IMG/VR virus record: IMGVR_UViG_3300021178_000002
Coordinates: 3,830-67,829 of that record
Length of the DNA stretch: 64,000 nt
From: a virus
Reading direction: 5' to 3' (one strand)
Numbering within the stretch: position 1 is the first letter of the stretch; each line of letters opens with the position of its first letter. Shown here one piece after another: positions 7,418 to 17,226 of this stretch. The translations under genes and the position numbers were made by a program. The notes beneath the pieces were generated by a model. That model saw only the letters and a list, made by a program, of their open reading frames with translations. It was not told where the DNA came from and made no database searches.

Positions 7418-9058
7418 GTGATCGACATCAACCAGCAACGGGATCCGATGTCGATCGCGGCTGACATCCTCGACAAGGGTTCGCAGTCGACGATCGAAGA
7501 GTTCTGCAATCAGGAACTCGGCGAGGAGATGTACTCCAAGCAGCGCGAGATTACGCAGTCGATCATCACCAACCGGCGTACAGCGGTGAAGAGCTGCCAC
7601 GCTGCCGGCAAGAGCTTCCTTGCCTCACGGGCTGCCGCCTGGTGGATCAAGTTCCACCGTCCCGGTGAGGCCTTCGTGGTCTCCACCGCGCCGTCCAACG
7701 ACCAGGTCAAAGGCGTGCTCTGGAGGGAGATGAACCGGGTTCATAAGAAGGGCCACCTCGATGGCCACATGAACCAGACGGAGTGGTGGATCAACGACGA
7801 GCTGGTCGCATTCGGACGCAAGCCGCAGGACCAGGACCCTGGGTCATTCCAGGGCATCCACGCGCGGTACGTGCTGATCATCATCGACGAGGCCTGCTGG
7901 GTGCCAAAGGACCTCTGGATGGCTGCCGGCTCCCTTGCTGCCAACGCCAACTCGAGGATCCTGGCGATCGGCAACCCGGACGATCCCGGAAGCTATTTCT
8001 CGGAGGTCTGCAAACCAGGCTCAGGCTGGAACGTCATCCGCATCTCCTACCGCGACACACCCAACTTCTCAGGCGAGCCGGTCTCTTCACTGCTCAAAGA
8101 ACTGCTTATCTCGGAGATCTACGTCGACGACATGCGCCATGAAGTCGGCGAGCAGGGGGCTCCCTTCATCTCCAAGTGCGAGGGCGAGTTTCCGACTGAG
8201 GCTGAGGATGCTGTGGTGTCGACCACCAAGCTGATGAACTGCATGCGTCCAGAGCAGTCCCACACGGCCAAGGAACTCACGCCTCACGAGTTGGGCTGGG
8301 ACGTCGGCGCCGGCGGAGATAAGTCCGCGGTCAGAGAGCGCATGGGTGTCAAGGTTGGCCGCGTCTGGTATCCCAAGGGCGGGGCTGACACCATGAAGCA
8401 GGTCGGCGAGGTCGTGAACATCATCAACCAGACCAAGGTCACCGCGATCAAGATCGACACCATCGGCGTCGGCCACGGAGCTGCTGACCGACTCGAGGAA
8501 CTACGTCGTGAAGGGAAGCACAACGCCAAGGTAGTCAGAGTCAACGTCTCCACCAAGTCGACCAAGCCGCTCAAGTTCATGCGCCTGCGCGACGAGATCT
8601 GGTGGACGATCGGGCACCAGATGATCAACGAGGGAGTGCTCGATCTACACGGACTCGACGATGCCACCGTCGCTCAGCTGCTCTCCCCCAAGTATCAGCT
8701 CGACTCAGGCGGACGAGTCAACGTCGAGGCCAAAGACGAGACCAAGACACGTCTCGGACGTTCACCGGATGACGCAGACGCACTGCTGCTCGCATTCTTC
8801 AAAGGATCCGGACAGGGATCAGCTTTTCAGGAGGCATGGCGCAAGCTTGCGGCCAAAGAGGCTGGAATGCCGGAAGCCCAACCGACGCAGCAGAGGATTG
8901 CTCATCCATCCCGCGTCTTCAGCATCATGCGAATTCCCCGCCGCGCTACACAGCGGGTGCTAACCCGGACCAGCTGCGAGCACCGCTTCCGAGGACCAAC
9001 TTCGGGAGATCTGTGCGTTTTCTGCGGAACTACCAGAGAATTAGCGACAAAGCAGTGA
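7418..9058 (+). CDS. terL: terminase large subunit
   Basis: Walker A (SCHAAGKS), Walker B (IIIDEA), IGNP, nuclease motifs LGWDVG, IDTIGVG, RSPDDADAL. Confidence 0.92.
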   Translation: MIDINQQRDPMSIAADILDKGSQSTIEEFCNQELGEEMYSKQREITQSIITNRRTAVKSCHAAGKSFLASRAAAWWIKFHRPGEAFVVSTAPSNDQVKGVLWREMNRVHKKGHLDGHMNQTEWWINDELVAFGRKPQDQDPGSFQGIHARYVLIIIDEACWVPKDLWMAAGSLAANANSRILAIGNPDDPGSYFSEVCKPGSGWNVIRISYRDTPNFSGEPVSSLLKELLISEIYVDDMRHEVGEQGAPFISKCEGEFPTEAEDAVVSTTKLMNCMRPEQSHTAKELTPHELGWDVGAGGDKSAVRERMGVKVGRVWYPKGGADTMKQVGEVVNIINQTKVTAIKIDTIGVGHGAADRLEELRREGKHNAKVVRVNVSTKSTKPLKFMRLRDEIWWTIGHQMINEGVLDLHGLDDATVAQLLSPKYQLDSGGRVNVEAKDETKTRLGRSPDDADALLLAFFKGSGQGSAFQEAWRKLAAKEAGMPEAQPTQQRIAHPSRVFSIMRIPRRATQRVLTRTSCEHRFRGPTSGDLCVFCGTTRELATKQ

Positions 9059-12000
9059 GCCCGACCGCAACCAAAGACCTGCGCCGGAAGTCGAAGACGA
9101 TCAAGGCGACTCCTGTGCGCAGGCCGACACGGACACCTCTCGCGCTACGCACACCAACTGAGCCGGTGAGAGTATCGATCGTTAAGCAGCCCTTCCAGCG
9201 CCGGCGCAAGTACAACGCCGAGTACATGGTCAAGGCGGTCAAGGTTGCGCTCCGGCCAGACGAGCTGACTCATTTCCCTCAGAAAGAGCGCGAGATGATC
9301 AAGGCGGCAGCCGACAAGATTTCCCGCGGTGCCTCCATCCCTCCGTTGGGTGGCCGTGGCAATGGAGGTCGTGGTGCTGGGCCTCCGATGCCGGTCTCGG
9401 TGACGGTGCTGGCGCAGGAGGCGGCTCGCGCGTTGCGCCCGTCTTCTGGTACGACGCCAACAGACATCGAGGTCGCGCTCCGCAGGCAGGGGATCGATTG
9501 GGTTGAGCCATTTGCTCCCGGTCGACCGCTCACCCCTTACTACGGATACAACCGCCGCCTGCGTCAACAGGACTACCGCGTCGGTCGCAACATCACCACC
9601 GATACCAGACCCGACCGCCTGCCCTTCAGTCTGCTCAAGCAGCTCAACGAGGGCTACGACATCGCGTCGATCTGCATCCGCCACCTGATCAGCGACATGC
9701 GCGCCATGAAGCTCAGCTTCGGGCCGATGGACGACTACGACGGCGACGTCTCCAAAGAGATCCTGGTCGTCAAGCAGTTCCTGCGCAAGCCAGACGGCAA
9801 CCGTCCGCTCCCGATCTGGCTGGCACAGTGGATGATGGACAACCTTCGCTACGACGCCGGCTGCCTCTATCGAGAGCGCAACGCAGCTGGCAAGCTGGTG
9901 GCTCTGAAGGTCGTTGACGGAACCACCGTGGCGCCGATCGTCGACTACTTCGGCGACCGTCCGATCCCGCCAGCGCCTTTCCTGCAGCAGTTCGTGCAGG
10001 GCATCCCGTGGGACTGGGCAACGACCGACGATGTGATCTATGAGCCGCACTGGCCGCTGCCCGAGAGTCCGTATGGCGTGGCTCCGGCGGAGACCATCAT
10101 GCTCAACGCCAACACCGACGTTCGCCTCCAGCTCTTCTTCCTCCAGTTCTTCACCGCCGGCGTGGTGCCGGAGATGCTGATCGAAGCTCCCGCTGAGATG
10201 ACCGACCCAGACGCAGTGGCCGAGCTGCAGGAAGACTGGGACAACTTCTACGAGTCCAACCAGACCGGACGCCACGGTGCGCACTGGGTGCCCGCGGGAT
10301 CCAAGCCCCACCCTTACAAGCCGGACAAGTTCGACCCCAACCTGGCCGAATACGTAATGCGCCGCTCGGTGGCCGCATTCGGTCTGGTGCCGCAGGATCT
10401 CGGCTTCACGGAGACGGTCAACCGCTCCACCGCCGATGCTCAGGCGGACACGCAGTTCCGGATCTCCACGCTGCCCAACACCGAGATCTACGAAGCAATC
10501 CTCAACATGGTCATCCAGGACGACCTCGGCATGCCGGTGGAGATCAACTTCGACACCGGGCGAGAGAAGAAGGACCGCCTGATGGAAGCGCAGGCGCACA
10601 AGATCTACGTCGACATGGCGGCGGAGTCGCCGGACGAGGTACGCGACCAGATCCTCGGCCTGCCGGTAGACAACGACGACCGGGTGCCTCGCTTCTTCAA
10701 CTCGGAGAGGCTAGGAGTGATCCCGATCGCCTGGATCAAGTCTGTCTCTGGAATGATCGACCCGAGCACCCTCACGCCTTGGGGTCCTATTCCTCCGCAG
10801 CCATTCGTACCGATCGCCGGCCAGAAAGAGAACGTCCCACCGACGGAGCCGGAAACCCTACCGGACGGATCCCAACCCAAACAAGGCTCTACACCCAAGA
10901 AGTCAAAGCCGAAGGCAGCGGCTGCTGCTACCCCTGCGGCCCCGCTGCCCCTCCTTCCGGTCGGTACAAAGCTGCCACCGAACACCGCGGTGAACAAACC
11001 AGGTCTTCGGGCTAAGGACACGCACGAGCAGGTCGGTGAAATGCACACCGATCCGGAAGGACGAATTGATCCGGCTGGACGCCACGGAGAGCCGACCGTC
11101 AAGCTTGAAGGCGCAGCTGCACGCAACGAGTATCGAGTCGACGACGGCGGCAGGAGAGACACACCCACGGCTGGAACCACCGAAGGATCTCGTGGGCCAC
11201 GACAGCCTCAGGGATCCTCCGCCCCGGCGCGCACCACTCCACCGCGGCGAGCTGCATCAGGAAACGCTGCTCAGAAGGAGGCGACAGCCGGTATCACCAC
11301 TCCGAGCGCGATTGCCGGCATCGACCAGGACGGAGAGGATGACGACGATGACGCTCGAGGTATGACTGGAGCTGTCAAGCGCTTCCGGACGACGCACGAG
11401 AGCGACCTCTACGACCCGTCCGACCTTATGGAGTTGTCTTCTCCAAATCGCTTGACCGCAGAAGACCCGAAGGATGCAGAGCGCGACGACCTCGCCGACG
11501 ACATGGAAGACAAAGCTGATGAGCTTCGTGCTGACCCACCGGGCAACCACCCGCTGTCAGATGCAGCTCGTAAGGACATCGCGCTCTGGCGCGGTGTGGC
11601 GCGCAAGAAGGCCAAGGACAAGAAGCCGCAGCGCAGCTTCGATTCAACCGTGATCGATCCTGGACTGCACGAATACATCCACACCAAGCTCCAGAGCGCG
11701 GCCTCGAGAGAGGACGTCGACAAGATTTTCGATTCAGTGTTGTCGCCTCGACCACCGAACCCTAAGCCTGAGCCGATGGACGTGCATCGGATCAACGGAT
11801 TGGCTCTGCGCGCCGGCGACACCGGACGGGTCCTCATGCTGCAGCGCGCTCTGACGCAGGGTGACCCGGCAGCTGGGATGTGGGAATTCCCCGGTGGCCA
11901 CAAGAACTACAACGAGACGGACGAGCAGGGAGCTGTTCGTGAGTGGCAGGAGGAGACCGGGATCTTCCTGCCCAAGAAGGCGCAACTCTTCTCCTCATGG

Positions 12001-12246
12001 CAAAGCTTCAACGGGCGCTACATCGGCTGGGTCTTCGAGATCCCGAAAGAATCGCACTTGAAGATCGACGGCCGCGAGGATGTCAAGAACCCCGACGGCG
12101 ACTGGTTCGAGGCGGTGGCGTGGTTCGATCCTCGAGACCTCGCCAACCATCCCGGGATCCGGCCTGAATTGAAGGCAGACATCGCAGCTGTGCAGTCGGC
12201 ATTGGCCTGGCCGCGCAAGAAGGCGGAAGTCGGAAACCTCGAGTAG
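9055..12246 (+). CDS. portal protein with C-terminal NUDIX hydrolase domain
   Basis: follows terL (GTGA overlap); portal motifs LKVVDGTTVAP, SPYGVAPAE, AAFGLVPQDLG; Nudix box GHKNYNETDEQGAVREWQEETGI. Confidence 0.88.
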   Translation: MSPTATKDLRRKSKTIKATPVRRPTRTPLALRTPTEPVRVSIVKQPFQRRRKYNAEYMVKAVKVALRPDELTHFPQKEREMIKAAADKISRGASIPPLGGRGNGGRGAGPPMPVSVTVLAQEAARALRPSSGTTPTDIEVALRRQGIDWVEPFAPGRPLTPYYGYNRRLRQQDYRVGRNITTDTRPDRLPFSLLKQLNEGYDIASICIRHLISDMRAMKLSFGPMDDYDGDVSKEILVVKQFLRKPDGNRPLPIWLAQWMMDNLRYDAGCLYRERNAAGKLVALKVVDGTTVAPIVDYFGDRPIPPAPFLQQFVQGIPWDWATTDDVIYEPHWPLPESPYGVAPAETIMLNANTDVRLQLFFLQFFTAGVVPEMLIEAPAEMTDPDAVAELQEDWDNFYESNQTGRHGAHWVPAGSKPHPYKPDKFDPNLAEYVMRRSVAAFGLVPQDLGFTETVNRSTADAQADTQFRISTLPNTEIYEAILNMVIQDDLGMPVEINFDTGREKKDRLMEAQAHKIYVDMAAESPDEVRDQILGLPVDNDDRVPRFFNSERLGVIPIAWIKSVSGMIDPSTLTPWGPIPPQPFVPIAGQKENVPPTEPETLPDGSQPKQGSTPKKSKPKAAAAATPAAPLPLLPVGTKLPPNTAVNKPGLRAKDTHEQVGEMHTDPEGRIDPAGRHGEPTVKLEGAAARNEYRVDDGGRRDTPTAGTTEGSRGPRQPQGSSAPARTTPPRRAASGNAAQKEATAGITTPSAIAGIDQDGEDDDDDARGMTGAVKRFRTTHESDLYDPSDLMELSSPNRLTAEDPKDAERDDLADDMEDKADELRADPPGNHPLSDAARKDIALWRGVARKKAKDKKPQRSFDSTVIDPGLHEYIHTKLQSAASREDVDKIFDSVLSPRPPNPKPEPMDVHRINGLALRAGDTGRVLMLQRALTQGDPAAGMWEFPGGHKNYNETDEQGAVREWQEETGIFLPKKAQLFSSWQSFNGRYIGWVFEIPKESHLKIDGREDVKNPDGDWFEAVAWFDPRDLANHPGIRPELKADIAAVQSALAWPRKKAEVGNLE

Positions 12247-12292
12247 GGGTAGAGTGCAGGATGCAATCTTGTTTCAAGGAGAGATGAACTAA

Positions 12293-12520
12293 ATGTCAGT
12301 CAACATCGACAACCTGACCGCTCGACAGCGCGAGGCGGACAAGACGGTGGCCCTCGACGCCACCTCGGCTCACAACGTGAGCCTTGTCCTCAATGACGCC
12401 GACACCGCGACCACGGTAGGAGCTGCTGGTGGTGCGACCGCGTTGCCGGCGACGCCGACCGGATACATCTTCGTCTCCGTCGCAGGCAAGGTGCAGAAGA
12501 TCCCCTTCTACGCTCCGTAG
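12293..12520 (+). CDS. small virion/decoration-type protein
   Basis: AAGGAG RBS; GATALPATPTGY...KIPFY motif; head module position. Confidence 0.6.
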   Translation: MSVNIDNLTARQREADKTVALDATSAHNVSLVLNDADTATTVGAAGGATALPATPTGYIFVSVAGKVQKIPFYAP

Positions 12521-12528
12521 AGGTAGAA

Positions 12529-12885
12529 ATGGACCTCTTCAAGCAACCGTCCACCGGCCTCACAGCCTCCGGAGCGTCGGCACCAATCAATGTCCCGGCG
12601 TCGATCCGGCGTCTCGAGTTCGACCTCAACATCTCTGCCTTGGCGGGGACTTCGCCAACGATCACCATCTTCGTCGAGGGCCTGGACAACGAGGGTGTTT
12701 GGTATTCGCTCTACGCTCCAACCGTGATCAGCACCGTGGTCGACACTCCGCAAAGCATTGGTCCAGGGATGCAGACCAACACCGTCATCCCTGACACCAT
12801 TCGAGTACGCTGGGTCATCGGCGGATCGGCTGGTCAGACGGTCACCTGCACAATGTCTCTGATCGGACAGCCAGAGGCTCAGTAG
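12529..12885 (+). CDS. small beta-rich virion protein
   Basis: LNISALAGTSPTITIFVEG...IRVRWVIGG; GAGG RBS. Confidence 0.65.
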   Translation: MDLFKQPSTGLTASGASAPINVPASIRRLEFDLNISALAGTSPTITIFVEGLDNEGVWYSLYAPTVISTVVDTPQSIGPGMQTNTVIPDTIRVRWVIGGSAGQTVTCTMSLIGQPEAQ

Positions 12886-12887
12886 GC

Positions 12888-13547
12888 GTGTGCTACAGCT
12901 GCGGGTGCATGAAGCCGGACGACCCACATGGGGATCTCCGCAACATCATCACCATGCAGCTCGATGCTGCGACCAAGACCGACGCCTTCCAGTCCCGCAA
13001 CCACGATGAGGGAATTCCGACTGCCGTAGCCAACATCACAAAGACGCTCTCGCTCTACCGCGGGAGATCAGCCGGCGTGTATCCGTTCAACTCGATGAAG
13101 GCGCTGGGCGCAGACGTCGCTCTCAAAGCGGTGAGTATGCAGCCCGAGCGTCAGTACACCCTCGCTCTCGCCTATCCGGCCAACCGTGCCGACCGTGCGG
13201 TGGCCGCCGATGGGTTCCGCGATTTCGCCTCCGCCGATGTGCTCGAGAATGCGGCCTGGACTTACCTCAAGAAGGGGGCGAAGGTTGGGCTTCTCCACCA
13301 CAAAGGAACCGAGGGTGCGGGCGTGGTCGTTGAGTCTTACATCTACCGTGGACCGGACTGGGAAGTTGCTACGCCGAGTGGAGAGAAGGCGATGATCAAG
13401 GCCGGTGATTGGTTGATCGGCACCATCTGGGATGACTCTGCGTGGCGGGCAATTAAAGCTCGAAAGCTGACAGGGATGTCCCCACAGGCTAAAGTCAGAC
13501 GTCGTATTCCCAGTACAGAGACCCTGGCTGGATTGAGGAGTGACTGA
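12888..13547 (+). CDS. XkdF-like prohead serine protease with N-terminal CxxCxC motif
   Basis: VGLLHH, VVESYIY, IKAGDWLIG, LTGMSPQ pattern; lies between portal and capsid. Confidence 0.75.
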   Translation: MCYSCGCMKPDDPHGDLRNIITMQLDAATKTDAFQSRNHDEGIPTAVANITKTLSLYRGRSAGVYPFNSMKALGADVALKAVSMQPERQYTLALAYPANRADRAVAADGFRDFASADVLENAAWTYLKKGAKVGLLHHKGTEGAGVVVESYIYRGPDWEVATPSGEKAMIKAGDWLIGTIWDDSAWRAIKARKLTGMSPQAKVRRRIPSTETLAGLRSD

Positions 13548-15172
13548 TGAGCGTCGATATCACTGAGTTCGTCGAGATCGATCCCGATTCGGTCCACGCC
13601 GTGTACAAGGCAGCCAACGGCACTCCCTTCCTCATGGTCAAGCAGGTCTCCGACGGTGAGAAGCCGGCTGACGGATCGGACGACGATGAGGACGACAAGC
13701 CAGGCGACGCGAAGAAGTCTTCGTTCGACTTCTGCGGCGATGTGGCCTGCGAAGTCTGCCTCTCTCGAGCTTCAAAAGGACGTCTCACCATGGGCGAGCG
13801 GCGTCAGATCCCCAAGTCTGACTACGCGCTCCCTGAGAAGGCCCCCGAGCATGGGTCTTACCCGATCAAGGACAAGGCGCATGCACGAGCTGCACTTCGA
13901 TTGCGTGGCCACGCCTCTCCTGAAGACCAGGCGCGTATCAAGCGCGCGGTTGCAGCGAAGTACCCCGACCTCGGCAAGGGCAAGAAAGAGAAGAAGGCCG
14001 CCAAGGAGATGGGCTCGCAGCGAACCGTCGAGCAGTCGTTCCACGGAATGCTCCCGTCCCCGGACGCACAGCAAGGCCAGACGAAGAAGAACAAGCGCGG
14101 GCTTGCCACCAACAAAGACGTGCAGCGCGCCGCCGGCAAGGCGACGCTCCCCGACGCTGGGTCTCCTCCTCAGATGGACACCGGCTTCGGTCGCACAGCT
14201 GCAGCTCAGGGGTCGACCGCCACCGACACCCAGGGCGCAGAGCGGCAGACCGAACAGGAGCGTCGTGCGAGTGCGTCGAAGGAAACGCCGGTGCATCCTG
14301 ACGGCATGAACCACGACATGCACGAGGGCCGCGGTGATGCCAACCCAGAAGACGTGCCGGTCGTGACCGACACGGCGACGGGGTCGCTGCAGTCTCAGAC
14401 TCAGATCAATACCCGGGCGAAGAAGACCGGTTCCGATGCAGTGCGCGATCAGATGACACGCCAGTCGGAGCAGGCGCAGAAGAAGTCGGGGTTCAAGTTC
14501 AAGGTCAAGAAGACCGGAAAGAAGAAGCGGAAGAAGAACGCGCCTCACGTTTTGACTGGGGCGTTGAAGCAGGACGGGCCCGAAAGGGTACTATCCGTGG
14601 CAAATGCCACGAAGGAGTTGGACGACATGACAGGCGCCGAGTTCGCGCAGACACTGATCGAAACGCTGGATGCCCGCGATGCTCGGAAGGCCGAGGAGCG
14701 AAAGGCGAAGAAGGCAAAGGCCAAGAAGAAGGCTAAGAAGGCGAAGAAGGCCGGAGCGACGAAGCCGGTGGGAAACGAAGAGGCTGCCCAGGAGGCCGCG
14801 AAGTCGATTTCCCCCGAGAAGCTCGTCGAAGGCATCGGAGCCCGTGTCGAAGCCGCACTCAAGGAGGCGGTGGCTCCGCTGTGGGGTCGCATGCAGAACC
14901 TCGAGAACCAGCCCGCGCGTTCACGTCCAGCTCTGAACAACCTCGCCGGCACACAGTCCATCACGCGGGACCAGAAGAACCCTGGGGGCAACCCCATGGA
15001 CGTCTTCAAGCCGCTCGAGGATGCGTTCAAGTCCGAGAAAGACCCGTACAAGCGGGAGAAGATCGGCAGCGAGTTGACGAAGGCCAAGTTGGTCACGGCG
15101 GAACGGATCCGTCACGGCCATTCGGTCTCGCCCGAGGAAGCTCGGCAGCTCGTCCCTTCAGCCGTCGTCTAG
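13547..15172 (+). CDS. scaffold-like protein with DUF6582-like domain
   Basis: N-terminal ITEFVEIDPDSVHAVYKAANG; ERRQIPKSDYALP...YPIKDKAHARAAL; charged low-complexity body; directly before capsid gene. Confidence 0.65.
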   Translation: MSVDITEFVEIDPDSVHAVYKAANGTPFLMVKQVSDGEKPADGSDDDEDDKPGDAKKSSFDFCGDVACEVCLSRASKGRLTMGERRQIPKSDYALPEKAPEHGSYPIKDKAHARAALRLRGHASPEDQARIKRAVAAKYPDLGKGKKEKKAAKEMGSQRTVEQSFHGMLPSPDAQQGQTKKNKRGLATNKDVQRAAGKATLPDAGSPPQMDTGFGRTAAAQGSTATDTQGAERQTEQERRASASKETPVHPDGMNHDMHEGRGDANPEDVPVVTDTATGSLQSQTQINTRAKKTGSDAVRDQMTRQSEQAQKKSGFKFKVKKTGKKKRKKNAPHVLTGALKQDGPERVLSVANATKELDDMTGAEFAQTLIETLDARDARKAEERKAKKAKAKKKAKKAKKAGATKPVGNEEAAQEAAKSISPEKLVEGIGARVEAALKEAVAPLWGRMQNLENQPARSRPALNNLAGTQSITRDQKNPGGNPMDVFKPLEDAFKSEKDPYKREKIGSELTKAKLVTAERIRHGHSVSPEEARQLVPSAVV

Positions 15173-15220
15173 CACCGCCGACCAACTCGTAATTCCAAAT
15201 CTTTAGAAGGAGAACAACCC

Positions 15221-16738
15221 ATGTCCTGGGGAGCCGACACGTTGGGCGTCTCGGAAGAGACGTTCGACATGATCAAAGCGGCCACCTCCGGTATCGTCAC
15301 CGGGACAGATCTGGCTGGAATCGATCTTCAGCCGCTGATCTCCCTGGTCCCGACGGACACGCCCTTCTTCAACTCGACGCCGCGCGTCGGAGCGAAGCAA
15401 GGAGCGCTGTTCGCTTACTGGCAGGCGCTGCTCAACGTCAACAACCAGCAGGTCGACGTCGGTGTACCGTTCGACCAGGCGGCTGGTCTGGTCGCGATCC
15501 AGAACCAGTACGTCTTCTCGCCATTCGTCCCGCTCGGCCTGGGCGGCACCGTCACGCAGGACGCTCTTGCTCAGGCGCAGGGCTACGCTGACGCGCTCGC
15601 GGTGGCCACGCTCGAAACCATCAAGCAGGTCTTGATCGGCCTCGACATCCACCAGCTCTGCGCAACCTCATTCGCCCTGCCGACCATCGGCACCATCACC
15701 CTCACGACCTCTACGACCGGTGGCTCGATCGCGACCGCGACCACCCTGTTCATCAAGGTGGCGGCCCGCTCTGGTGTGAACTACTACCGTGGTGGTTCGC
15801 AGATAGCGTCGGCTGAGGCCAGCCTCGTCGACGGTGCGGGCTCAACCAACTCGTTCACCGCGACCGTGCCCGCCGTCAAGGGCGCAGCCGCCTACGACTG
15901 GTACGTCTCGAGCACGACCGGCACTGAGAAGTACTACACGACCACCACGGTCAACACCGTGCTGATCACCTCGATTCCAGGCTCGACGCAGAACGTGCCG
16001 TCTCTGCCCGGGATCTTCAACGCCGGTCTTGCTGGCCCCGCCTCGGTGCCGGTAGCCGACGCGTCCTTCCAGACCTACTGGCAGAACGGCCTGATCGCCT
16101 CGATCACGGGCGACTTCGCCAGCTCCCTGGACGCGCTTGGTGTCGCTGGTACGGTGACCAACCTGGTCACCCCCGGTGCGGGCACCTCGCAGGGCGCGTA
16201 CTTCAAGAGCCTGGATGGTGGCAAGCTCCACGTCGCCGGAGCGGCGCTGTTGGAGATCGACGCCATGAACCAGGCCATCTACGACACCTACCAGCTGACG
16301 GCGACCCGTTTGCTGATGGGCTCGCAGTCGATCAACGACATCGCCAACGCGGTCTTGAACAACCCGCAGGCGGTGACCTGGCTGGTCCCGACCGATTCGG
16401 ATGGCCGTGCGCGCGTCGTCGCTGGTGGCGCGGTGGCGGTATATCTGAACAAAACCGTGAACGGGAAGCCCATAACTTTGGAGCTTCAGCCGCACCTGCC
16501 GCCTGGGCAGATCATCGCGGTGGTCGACGAGATCCCCTTCCCAGGGGCCAACATCGACCAGGTGTTGTCGGTCGAGACCCAGTACGACTTCTGGCGTTTC
16601 GACTACGGAGCGAACCGTGCTGCGGGCTCCCTAGGTGGACCCCGGTACGACTTCGAAATCCGCAGCAAGCAGGCGTTCCGCAACAAGGCGGCACCCGTCA
16701 TGGGCATCATCGCCAACATCGCTGCGGGCACCTCGTAA
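15221..16738 (+). CDS. major capsid protein
   Basis: strong AAGGAG RBS; DLQPLISLVPTDTPFFNSTPRV start, LQPHLPPGQI, ends PVMGIIANI; position. Confidence 0.8.
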   Translation: MSWGADTLGVSEETFDMIKAATSGIVTGTDLAGIDLQPLISLVPTDTPFFNSTPRVGAKQGALFAYWQALLNVNNQQVDVGVPFDQAAGLVAIQNQYVFSPFVPLGLGGTVTQDALAQAQGYADALAVATLETIKQVLIGLDIHQLCATSFALPTIGTITLTTSTTGGSIATATTLFIKVAARSGVNYYRGGSQIASAEASLVDGAGSTNSFTATVPAVKGAAAYDWYVSSTTGTEKYYTTTTVNTVLITSIPGSTQNVPSLPGIFNAGLAGPASVPVADASFQTYWQNGLIASITGDFASSLDALGVAGTVTNLVTPGAGTSQGAYFKSLDGGKLHVAGAALLEIDAMNQAIYDTYQLTATRLLMGSQSINDIANAVLNNPQAVTWLVPTDSDGRARVVAGGAVAVYLNKTVNGKPITLELQPHLPPGQIIAVVDEIPFPGANIDQVLSVETQYDFWRFDYGANRAAGSLGGPRYDFEIRSKQAFRNKAAPVMGIIANIAAGTS

Positions 16739-16753
16739 CCCGGAGCATGGGGT

Positions 16754-16818
16754 AGGCCGAAGAGAGAGTCGCGGGGCCGGAGGTTGTCCTCCGCCGGTCA
16801 CGCCTCTCTCTGAGGCCT
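16754..16818 (+). promoter_or_regulatory. long interrupted hairpin after the capsid gene (processing or attenuation site)
   Basis: AGGCC/GGCCT, AGAGAGAG/CTCTCTCT and CGGAGG/CCTCCG stems; no clear U tract. Confidence 0.55.
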
Positions 16819-16841
16819 CCTGATTACAAAAGGAGGACGAA

Positions 16842-17201
16842 ATGGCGTTCATCAAGCACTTCCGTGAGGTTCAGTTCCGGGTCCCGGATCCGATGCGTCC
16901 GGGGCACACTGCGTTCGATCGGCGCATGGACACTTCGAAGACCCATGCGATTTCGCACAAAGGTGTGGAGTACCACGCCGATGTCGACGGTTGGTTCGAC
17001 GTTCCGCCAGACGTAGCCGCTTACTTTCTCAACTTCCCAGGCTGGTGTTCACCGGAGATGGTCGATGAAGAGGTCGTGGCCGGTAGGATTCGGGCTGATG
17101 CCGCCGACCTGCAGCCCAACACCCGCGAACAACTCGAGGCGAAAGGTAAGTCTCGTAAGCCGGCTCAGAGACAGAAGGCGACGGCTGCCGCTCGAGCTTA
17201 G
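16842..17201 (+). CDS. hypothetical virion-module protein
   Basis: AAGGAGG RBS; DGWFDVP motif. Confidence 0.7.
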   Translation: MAFIKHFREVQFRVPDPMRPGHTAFDRRMDTSKTHAISHKGVEYHADVDGWFDVPPDVAAYFLNFPGWCSPEMVDEEVVAGRIRADAADLQPNTREQLEAKGKSRKPAQRQKATAAARA

Positions 17202-17226
17202 CCTCGTGGAGTGTAGGGAATAGGCG

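Noticed and set aside
8836-9054. Upstream extensions in the ORF track (portal; likewise ThyX to 48466, Gp88 to 3058, TerS from 62036)
   Set aside because: They overlap neighbouring genes; coupled starts or RBS support shorter calls
9145-10599. Long alternative ORFs (also 27-716, 1904-2824, 53139-54308, 58151-59128)
   Set aside because: Antisense or off-frame shadows of well-supported genes, expected at high GC
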